A DNA stretch of 63,693 bases, counting the filler, from an uncultured Methanosarcinales archaeon (GTDB taxonomy: Archaea; Nanobdellota; Nanobdellia; Woesearchaeales; CAZXZL01): assembly GCA_964645415.1 (NCBI GenBank). It is 6 parts of 6 records of this genome, joined end to end, with 100 filler letters (N's around TTAATTAATTAA, not from the genome) between each part and the next. Parts side by side here need not be neighbours in the genome. Positions count along the whole stretch, not along the records: positions 48,503 to 58,623 come from CAZXZL010000034.1; positions 58,724 to 63,693 come from CAZXZL010000052.1; 4 more parts are not named here. One strand, 5' to 3'. Both the position numbers and the translations under genes were made by a program. Of the stretch, positions 55,570-63,693 are shown in pieces; position 1 is the stretch's first letter, and each line of letters starts with the position of its first letter. The notes under the pieces are model-generated. The model saw only the letters and a program-made list of their open reading frames with translations, ran no database searches and was not told where the DNA came from.

Positions 55570-56043
55570 CTAAAAAATCAACCAAATTAAAATAATTTCA
55601 ATTAAGATATATAAAAATAAAAATAAGAAAATCGGATAATAACTATGGATAAATTCTTCAAACATATTATGTTTTGTGTCAGTTCTAAATTTTGTTTGTG
55701 TTGTTATATTTTTATATCTTTCATTTAAGTAACCTAAACCTTTAAACATAGAATGAAAGAATAAATAGATTGAAATAGATATCATGATAGCATATGAAAA
55801 ATATCCATAGTTAAATTCAAAAGAAGATAAAAGTAACGATTCTCTAATTATCATAAATAAGAAAATAATTATAGGAATTAAAGAAATAGAATAAATTAGT
55901 CTTCTATATTTTTTTAACTCATCATATTCTTCAGCAATAGATAACGAAATAATATAACCAAAAATAAGCGATAAAAAGAATAATAAAAACGAAGCAAAAT
56001 ATCTAGTCACAAATACCAGGGAAAAAACTGAATCTAATGCCAT
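55570..56043 (-). CDS. Membrane protein of unknown function
   Basis: About 4 hydrophobic segments. Confidence 0.6.
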   Translation of the reverse strand: MALDSVFSLVFVTRYFASFLLFFLSLIFGYIISLSIAEEYDELKKYRRLIYSISLIPIIIFLFMIIRESLLLSSFEFNYGYFSYAIMISISIYLFFHSMFKGLGYLNERYKNITTQTKFRTDTKHNMFEEFIHSYYPIFLFLFLYILIEIILIWLIF

Positions 56044-56059
56044 TATGTATATAAACCAA

Positions 56060-57586
56060 TTAAATGCTTAATAAATATTTCTTTAATTCAGTAAATACTT
56101 TTTCCTTAGATGCTGGTAAAAATTTGATTGTTCCAGCTTTTTCATGACCTCCACCTTCAACTAAACTTTCAGGAACATTATTTTTTAATATTTTGATAAA
56201 CTCATGAAGTTTAAAATTAGAATCATCACTAGCACGAAAGATGATCATATCATCACTTTTACCAATGGTAATAACATTATTATTTTCTTTTGTTATCCTA
56301 TCTTTTAGTACTCCAACAATATGACCCGACTTAGGATAACCTCTATGAGATACTTCATTAATTTTTACTTTAAATAGATTAGAATTACCTAATTCTTCTT
56401 TTTCAACAAAATTAATTGCAGCATCACAAGCATTTTTTACTTTCTTTTCAATGCTAGGATAAATTAAATTAATCATTTCTTTTTGTTTTTCATAATCGTT
56501 TCCTAAAAGATCATCGATCATATATCTAGATTCAATAAACCTTAAATGATAAGCTTGAAAGTCTATAACAGAAACATATTTTTGTAAAAAATCCATATCA
56601 AAGTCATTTTTTGAATTTAATAAATTTAAATATTTATCAAACTCTTTACAACTTGATCTATCACCAATCCCAGAAAGAACTGGAAGTAAAGGATTATTAC
56701 AACCAGGATTAATAAATCTAGAAATTTCAAATGAAAGCATTCCTGCTGTAATATTACTACTTGCATTTACTTTATGTGGATTAACATGAACTTTTGAAAT
56801 TTTATTAGTAATCTCAAAATCTCCTGGGTGATGATCAATAACAATAAAATCAACATCATAAATACTTAATAATTCTAAAGAAAGTTTATTTTCAATACTA
56901 GATCCTAAATCAGTAAGAATTATAAGTGGTTTCTTTTCATTGAAACGCTCAGAATTTTTTAATAACCTTGATAAATCACGTAATGAATCAGTGTAATCAT
57001 AATAAGGTGATTTTGAAGGTGATCTTTCATAATATTTCCAAACATCATTAGAACCATGTTGTTCTTCAATTAAAGGAAGAATTGACCTTTCTAAAGAAAC
57101 TCCTGCACAATAACCGTCACAGTCATTATGATGTTTTATAATTATAGGTCTTGATGAGAAAATAGCTTTTTTTATTTGATAAGCTGTCTTTTTAAAAACT
57201 TTATTTAGTTTGTTATAATTTTCTGTCTCAATTAATGTATCATCAATAGTTATTTTGGATTTTTCTTTTAGTATTTTTTCAAGTTTATTTTCAAATGATT
57301 CTGGATTAATTTTTTTAATATTTTCAATTGAAGCTTCAAGTTCATCATTATATGATTTGATTGATAAACTTACTTTAATTACATCTTCACAATCAATTTC
57401 AGGATAAGCTCTTTCTCCAGGACCAACAAATGCTTTTGCTGTTAAAATACCTGATCCATCATTTAACTTAAATAGTGTAGGTCCAGAAGTTTGTATAACC
57501 TTATCTATTTTAGCAATATATTCAAATTCCTCTCCTAAAAAGTCTAAACTAAGATTAGAAAAATTAGGTTTTTGATTAGTACTCAT
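56060..57586 (-). CDS. RecJ-like DHH-family phosphoesterase with N-terminal OB fold
   Basis: QTSGPTLF (OB), HHNDCDG, TDLGS, IDHH and GGGHEKAG motifs. Confidence 0.88.
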   Translation of the reverse strand: MSTNQKPNFSNLSLDFLGEEFEYIAKIDKVIQTSGPTLFKLNDGSGILTAKAFVGPGERAYPEIDCEDVIKVSLSIKSYNDELEASIENIKKINPESFENKLEKILKEKSKITIDDTLIETENYNKLNKVFKKTAYQIKKAIFSSRPIIIKHHNDCDGYCAGVSLERSILPLIEEQHGSNDVWKYYERSPSKSPYYDYTDSLRDLSRLLKNSERFNEKKPLIILTDLGSSIENKLSLELLSIYDVDFIVIDHHPGDFEITNKISKVHVNPHKVNASSNITAGMLSFEISRFINPGCNNPLLPVLSGIGDRSSCKEFDKYLNLLNSKNDFDMDFLQKYVSVIDFQAYHLRFIESRYMIDDLLGNDYEKQKEMINLIYPSIEKKVKNACDAAINFVEKEELGNSNLFKVKINEVSHRGYPKSGHIVGVLKDRITKENNNVITIGKSDDMIIFRASDDSNFKLHEFIKILKNNVPESLVEGGGHEKAGTIKFLPASKEKVFTELKKYLLSI

Positions 57587-57611
57587 TTTAGAATTAAAAA
57601 AATAGAAAAAA

Positions 57612-57770
57612 TTACTTTTTCCAAGAATATGATCTCATCTTTTTTGATTTACCATATCCACAAGAACTACAGATTTTTTTTCTGATATGATAACTCTTAT
57701 TACCACATCTTCTACATTTAACATGTGTTTTTTTACCTGATTTTTTACCAAAAGACGCTGATCCTTTCAT
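57612..57770 (-). CDS. rpl37e: 50S ribosomal protein L37e
   Basis: Not in the ORF track (52 aa). [40 protein letters not shown]; follows the Lsm gene as is usual in archaea. Confidence 0.95.
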   Translation of the reverse strand: MKGSASFGKKSGKKTHVKCRRCGNKSYHIRKKICSSCGYGKSKKMRSYSWKK

Positions 57771-57793
57771 ATTAATCTACCTCATAAATTTTT

Positions 57794-58018
57794 TTACTCA
57801 GGAGAAATCATAACAATTGTATCTCCTCTAAGAAACATAGTTCCAATCTTTCTTGATTTTTCGCCATCAACCCATTCCTCTGCATCAGAAAGAACTGTAT
57901 TGATATGAATATCAAATGCTTCTAAGTTTCCAATCATTTGTTTCCCATTTTTAAGTTCAACAATAACTCTACTTCCTCTTGCTTCATTTAACGTATCTAA
58001 AGGTCTTGGTGCATCCAT
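57794..58018 (-). CDS. Sm-like archaeal protein (Lsm/SmAP1)
   Basis: RPLD, VELKNG, GNLEAFDIHIN and FLRGD motifs. Confidence 0.95.
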   Translation of the reverse strand: MDAPRPLDTLNEARGSRVIVELKNGKQMIGNLEAFDIHINTVLSDAEEWVDGEKSRKIGTMFLRGDTIVMISPE

Positions 58019-58199
58019 AATTATCCCTCATAAATTTTATTCAACATTAATGAAGTCTTGTTGTTATTTATAAATCTTACTATTAAATACGTTATATCTC
58101 AGTTATATAATGAAATGGACATGTTATAATAAAGTAAATACAAAAAAGCAGACATACAAATAATTAAAAATATAGAAATAATCAAAAAGGAATATAATA

Positions 58200-58623
58200 C
58201 TTAGAGGAATTTTATACAGGATAAAAACAAATAAAAACAAAAAATCTGCTGATTTTTTTCATGGAAGTAAAACCTAATTAAAAAAATGAAAGTAGTATAA
58301 AATTCCGACAAACACCAAAAAGATGAAAAGCGAATACACACTCTTTAGCTAAAACAGAGACTATTTTTCGTAGAAGAAAAAATTTTCTATTTTTCTTTAG
58401 AATAAAGCGTAGATAAAAATAAAACTTATTTTAACAAAGTAGAAATAAATAGAATACCATAGGAACCCCGTGCCATACGAAGTATGGTACCATCCTTATC
58501 AAATTACTAAAATCAAAGATTTATAGAACTTATTAAATTACAAATTTAAAAGTGTGATAAAATTTGAAATCAAATCATCTAAAAACAAAGAAATAAGAGT
58601 TTATAAAAACAAAACAAAAAGAA
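58200..58623 (+). repeat. Longest mosaic repeat cluster (copy R6) at a contig end
   Basis: Inverted repeats at 58206-58217 and 58295-58306, CGAATACAC, CTCTTTAGCTAA, hairpin at 58470-58490, AAATTTAAAAGTGTGA and AAATCATCTAA. Confidence 0.88.
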
Positions 58624-58723
58624 NNNNNNNNNNNNNNNNNNNNNNNNNNNNNNNNNNNNNNNNNNNNTTAATTAATTAANNNNNNNNNNNNNNNNNNNNN
58701 NNNNNNNNNNNNNNNNNNNNNNN

Positions 58724-58820
58724 TGATAAAATTTGTTTGATAAAATTTGAGATCAAATCACCTAAGAAAAAAGTAATTATATGAATTAAATAAAAATAAG
58801 TAGAAGTTTATATAAACAGA
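58724..58820 (+). repeat. Repeat-family modules at a contig start
   Basis: tgataaaatttg twice, then caaatcacctaagaaaaaagtaattatatgaat, matching 48246-48280. Confidence 0.75.
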
Positions 58821-58912
58821 AAATAGATAAAATGGAATAAAATAAAGATTCATGAAAACTTTTTATCTATAAGTAATATTTATAATTAATAAGTGTTGAT
58901 TATTATAATAAA

Positions 58913-59146
58913 ATGGTAAACTACAATATTCTTGGGGTAAAACTTATAGGTAAAGAAAACTCAGTAGAATTTCAAAAAATATTAACAAAATATAATCATA
59001 TGATAATGTCTCGATTTGGACATCATGATGAAAAAAATAATGATGGAGTCATAATGCTTTTAATGAGAACTCATGATGATTTAGAGCATTTGAAAAGAGA
59101 CTTAAAAAAGATTGATTCAATTAAATTATCTGAAATGGTGTTGTGA
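58913..59146 (+). CDS. Small ACT-like protein (TM1266-like)
   Basis: EFQKILTKY..MIMSRFGHHD...GVIML pattern. Confidence 0.6.
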   Translation: MVNYNILGVKLIGKENSVEFQKILTKYNHMIMSRFGHHDEKNNDGVIMLLMRTHDDLEHLKRDLKKIDSIKLSEMVL

Positions 59147-59150
59147 TATT

Positions 59151-59783
59151 ATGGAAATTATTGTTTTATTTGGTCCACCTGGTGCTGGAAAAGGAACAAC
59201 TGCAGAGACGATTGAAGACTTTGGATTTGAACACGTTGCTCCAGGGGATATTTTTAGAAAAGAATTGAAAGAAAAAACAGAATTGGGAAAAGAGTTAAAC
59301 AAGTATATGAGTAAAGGTAAATTAGTTCCAGATGAATTAGTTGATAAAGTTGTTTTTAATCATCTTAAAAATATTGAATCTCAAAAAATAGTTTTAGATG
59401 GTTTTCCAAGGACTGTAAGTCAACTTAATGAACTTGAAAAACGTTATCCTGTTAATAAAATAGTTGATTTAGAAGTTTCTGATGATGAGATTATTAAACG
59501 TTTATCAAAAAGAAGAGTTTGTCCAGAATGTGGTTCAACTTATCATTTAATCACAAAAAAACCTAAAGAAGAGGGTATTTGTGATAATTGTGGTTCAGAA
59601 TTAATTCATAGAAATGATGATAAACCTAAAACTATTAAGTCAAGGTTAAATCAATATCGTGAAAATACTTTACCTGTCTTAGAAAAATACAAATCACTAG
59701 GAAAAGAAATAGTAATAGTTGATGCTGAAAAGTCAATTGACGGTATGATTGAAGAAGCAAAAAGTAAACTAAAATTATCATGA
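59151..59783 (+). CDS. adk: Adenylate kinase, bacterial type with Zn lid
   Basis: GPPGAGKGT, GKLVPD, LDGFPR, CPEC...CDNC and RNDD motifs. Confidence 0.95.
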   Translation: MEIIVLFGPPGAGKGTTAETIEDFGFEHVAPGDIFRKELKEKTELGKELNKYMSKGKLVPDELVDKVVFNHLKNIESQKIVLDGFPRTVSQLNELEKRYPVNKIVDLEVSDDEIIKRLSKRRVCPECGSTYHLITKKPKEEGICDNCGSELIHRNDDKPKTIKSRLNQYRENTLPVLEKYKSLGKEIVIVDAEKSIDGMIEEAKSKLKLS

Positions 59784-60955
59784 AAAAAGATATTTTATTT
59801 CACATACGAGCAGGATATTTAATGTTGAAAAGGAGAATATTGAATCATCGTTTTAGAAAAGATCATAAATTAGATAAAAGTGTAAATGAAATATTAAAAG
59901 AGTCAATAAATAAAAATTTTGAATCTTTTTTTTCCCCTGGTCTAGGTCATTTTGAAGATTTTTATATTAGAGATTTTGCTTGGGTAATTGATTCTTTAAT
60001 TAATCTTAACTATAAAGAAGAAGTAGATAAAACATTATCTTTTGTTTTAAAATCTTATTATGAAAATGATAGAATTACAACATCAATTACAAAAAATAAT
60101 TCTGTATATGATTTTCCAACATATGCAATTGATTCATTACCTTACCTAATTTATTGTATTAACAAATCTGATTATAACCTTAATAAAAAAGAGAAGTTAT
60201 TTTTAAAATCTAAAATAAATGAATTTTATAATCATATTGATAAAGGATTTGTAGATAAAAATAAATTCTTTTCATCAATGGCTGATCATAAAGTTAGAAA
60301 CTCTTCTTTATACTCTAATACAATGCACTATTTACTTTCTGTTGAAATTCAAAAACTAGGTTTAAAACCAAAATTCTTTCCAAAACAAATATCTAAAAAT
60401 GTCATTAAAGAATTTTGGAATGGTTCTTATTATTATGATGATTTATCTAAAAAAAGTTATATTTCGGCTGATGCTCAGATTTTTCCTTTTTGGACAGGGT
60501 TAGATAGTAATCCTTCTCGTCTAAAAAAAGTAATAGAACTAATGAAAAAAGAAAAATTAGATAATCCAATTCCTTTAAGGTATCATAAAAAAGAGTTATT
60601 TGAAAACTATTCAATCTTTAATCATATTATTAATATGTTTAAAAAAACAAATATCCCTAAATACCATGCAGAATCAATCTTTTGTTATAGGTACGAAACA
60701 GATCCAATTTGGACTTTACTAGGAATAAATTATTTTCATGTCTTAAATAAATTTCATCAAAAAACCAATCAAACTTTCTTTTTAGATGAATTAAAAAATG
60801 GATTAAAAAAATATAATAATATTATTTTAAAATATGGAACATTATATGAATTATATGAAAATAAAAAACCTTTCAAATCACTTTTATATTTTTCAGAAGA
60901 AGATATTATTTGGGGAGCAAAAATATTAGATTTAAATAAAAAATATAAATTATAA
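59780..60955 (+). CDS. Probable (alpha/alpha)6-barrel glycoside hydrolase (glycogen debranching-like)
   Basis: GHFEDFYIRDF, FWNGSYYYD, Y....IWT and LYELY patterns. Substrate unknown. Confidence 0.55.
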   Translation: MKKDILFHIRAGYLMLKRRILNHRFRKDHKLDKSVNEILKESINKNFESFFSPGLGHFEDFYIRDFAWVIDSLINLNYKEEVDKTLSFVLKSYYENDRITTSITKNNSVYDFPTYAIDSLPYLIYCINKSDYNLNKKEKLFLKSKINEFYNHIDKGFVDKNKFFSSMADHKVRNSSLYSNTMHYLLSVEIQKLGLKPKFFPKQISKNVIKEFWNGSYYYDDLSKKSYISADAQIFPFWTGLDSNPSRLKKVIELMKKEKLDNPIPLRYHKKELFENYSIFNHIINMFKKTNIPKYHAESIFCYRYETDPIWTLLGINYFHVLNKFHQKTNQTFFLDELKNGLKKYNNIILKYGTLYELYENKKPFKSLLYFSEEDIIWGAKILDLNKKYKL

Positions 60956-60992
60956 AACATTTCTTTTTTTCCCTTTTGACATTTAAGACTTA

Positions 60993-61022
60993 ATTATTAT
61001 TATTATTATTATTATTATTATT
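60993..61022. repeat. (ATT)10 microsatellite
   Basis: Read directly; intergenic, upstream of the surface protein gene. Confidence 0.85.
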
Positions 61023-61173
61023 TGAATATATTATTTACTATCTATATTTATAATATTTTAATAGATTTTATATGATATTATTTGAAAAAATTAAATTTGT
61101 TACTCGATAATAAAAACTTTTATAAATAATCTCTATTATTATGTAACTATCATTAAGTAATAAGGTGGTTTGG

Positions 61174-63693
61174 ATGAAAAAAATATTAATATTATTAATC
61201 TCAATTTTGGTAATTTCTTTAGTATCTACAAGTTTTGTAGAGGCATCTAGTGTCGATGTAAATATTTATGAAGAGGATAATAAATTACACTGTGAAGCTC
61301 CGGATATGAGTATATTTGCAGCAACTGGTTGGAGATGGTTTGAAGAAGATAATGGAGATTGGGAAGTTGTTGAAGAAGATAAAACAAGAGACATAAATGA
61401 TCCTCATCCAAACACTGAATATGAACCTTCTAATTCTGGTAATTTTCGTTGTGAAGTTTATGCTGGAGATACAAATTGGGATAATTTTAATGAAGAAGGT
61501 TTTGCTGAATTAGAATTTGACCACCCGGATACACCTGATCCTATTGATGGTGTTTGTGGTATTGAAGACGGCAATGTTTATGATTATGATGATTCTGATT
61601 GGGAAACTAATGATTTTTGTGAAGTAGGTGATGTTGATCCTTCTGATCCTTCATTTCCTGAAGCTGGTGATGAGACTGTTTGGTCTTGTTTAGGTGAGAA
61701 TGATGGAGATGATGTGAGTTGTAGTGCTAGTCGTGAAGACGCACCTGATCCTATTGATGGTGTTTGTGGTATTGAAGACGGCAATGTTTATGATTANNNN
61801 NNNNNNNNNNNNNNNNNNNNNNNNNNNNNNNNNNNNNNNNNNNNNNNNNNNNNNNNNNNNNNNNNNNNNNNNNNNNNNNNNNNNNNNNNNNNNNNNTGAG
61901 AATGATGGAGATGATGTGAGTTGTAGTGCTAGTCGTGAAGACGCACCTGATGGTGCTCTTACAGGAATTGTTGATGATTTAACTTTGACTTGTAATTCTG
62001 ATTATTCATATTGGGCAACAACTGGTTGGAGATGGTTTGAAGAAGTTAATGGAGAGTGGGAAGTTATTTCAGAAGAAAAGGAAAGAAAAACTTCTACTAC
62101 AATAACTGTTGATGAACCAGGTGATTATAAATGTGCTATTTATTTTGGCGATGAAAACTGGTATGATTTTAATGAAGGTGATTCATTAATTTTAACTGCT
62201 ACAGAACCAAGACCAAATATCGAAATTCTTTCAATTGATTATATTGGTGATTTAAGATCTGGTTCAGAAGTAATTTTTACTTCTGATGTAATTAATTATG
62301 ACGAAGAAACTGTTAATTTTGAATGGTTTATTAATAATGAACAAAAACATTCAAATGATAATGAATTTAGTCACGTTTTTGAAGAATCTGGAGAGTATGA
62401 AATTAGATTAGATGTAGAAGATGAATTTTCTTCAGATACTAAGTCTATGGATGTTGTTATAGATGAAAGTTATTTATCTGTTGATGTATCTTATTATTCT
62501 CATGTTATTGAAGGGAATGATCAAGTACTTAGTTTTCTTATAACTGACCAAGATGGTGAATATGTTTCTGATGCTCTTGTAGAAGTTGATGGTGATAGGT
62601 CAAATGACTGTACTACTAGTGATAGTGGAGGATGTAATATTGTTATTCCTGAAGATGATGAAGGTGAAGTTAATTTAAACTATGTTGTTTCAAAAGATAG
62701 CTTTGATAATGTATATGGTGAAATCTCATATGATGTTCTTGAAAAAAGATATGAAATTATTGATTTAATGACTTATAATGATTCTGATTATAGTGTTGAG
62801 TCTAGTGATTTTTTCCGTGGTGATTCTTTATATTTATCTTTTAGAGTTTGGGATTTAATTGAAGAAGAATATATTATTCCTGATGTTTCTGAAGCTTATT
62901 TAGTTGGTGATGGTGATCGAGAAGAACTTGATTTTGATGGGACTGTTGATGATTATTTAAGATTTAATACAGATGTTCCTTTAACCGATCACTTTTTAGG
63001 AGAATCTTTTAGTGTTGTATTTGCATTTGATTTAGATTATAGTTATGGTGGTCAAGAAGAGATTGAAGTATTTTTAAACAACAATCCTCCGTTTTTATTA
63101 TCTGATTTAGATGATATTACTATGAACTTTGGATCTACTAAATCTATTGATTTAGATAATTATTTTAGAGATCGTGAAGATAATGCTTTAGGTTATGATT
63201 TATCTTATGATTTTTCTGGTTGTAGTAATCAAGATGTTGAAGTTGATGGTAGTTATTTATTAATTGAAGCTTTAACTGTTGAAGACTGTGATCTTGAAGT
63301 AACTGCTTATGATCGTAATGATGCTAGTGTTAGTTCTAGTTTTACTCTTAGTGTTATTGAAGATTCTTTTGATTTAGATGTTACTTATTTTTCTAGAGTT
63401 ATTGTTGATAATTATCAGACTGTAACATTTAGTGCAGAATCTGATGGTGAACCTTTATCTGATGTTGAAGTTAGTTTATCTGGTTTAGATTCTGATAAAA
63501 CTTGTACCACAGATAGTTATGGTGGTTGTAATATTAAATATTTAGTTGAAGATGAAGGAGAATATCGTCTTAATTATGAAGCTGATCATCCTGGTTTTGA
63601 GATGATTTCTGGTAGTATTAATTATGAAGTTATTCCTAAACGTTATGAAATCCTTGATTTAATGACTTATAATGATTCTGATTATAGTGTTGA
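61174..63693 (+). CDS. Large secreted acidic modular surface protein with Cys-rich, Ig-like and PKD-like repeats (spans gap, runs off the window)
   Basis: Signal peptide; 210-bp Cys-rich repeat (61534, 61744); the reading continues after the gap with the same repeat end; duplicated ATGWRWFEE module (61321, about 62018); PKD-like HVFEESGEY; 894-bp repeat (62767, 63661). Confidence 0.82.

Overview
Very AT-rich archaeal DNA. The gene set points to a DPANN lineage, most likely Woesearchaeota-like (inference from gene content): exosome/SBDS/proteasome-alpha cluster, topoisomerase VI, Mre11, Cdc48, RadA, Cbf5, S8e, L37e, Lsm and an archaellin, alongside bacterial-type GroEL/GroES, Adk and a two-component pair. 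The window is not one contig. It is six contigs of a draft genome or MAG joined by artificial 100-nt N-TTAATTAATTAA-N linkers, apparently sorted by decreasing length, plus two plain 100-N scaffold gaps inside coding repeats. Gene order across the linkers is therefore meaningless. Four tRNA genes are present (Trp with intron, Thr, Gly, Val). No rRNA, CRISPR array, transposase or integrase was seen. Most notable: (1) a dispersed mosaic non-coding repeat family at most contig ends and several intergenic sites, with a GAA-loop hairpin showing a compensatory base-pair change and a 12-bp inverted-repeat element; (2) a 46-nt tRNA-Trp intron carrying a box C/D guide for C34; (3) an active-looking PolB with Ser replacing the motif-B aromatic residue, plus a full-length but catalytically dead PolB homolog divergent from radA; (4) a protein with C2H2 zinc finger, Lys-rich repeats, TM helix, parvulin and thioredoxin domains; (5) a tandem two-domain thymidine kinase; (6) a YlbF-like protein pair behind the exosome genes; (7) a chimeric arlC-like duplicate ending in the 3' end of the neighbouring UDG gene. 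Family assignments are from motif recognition only; no database search was run.
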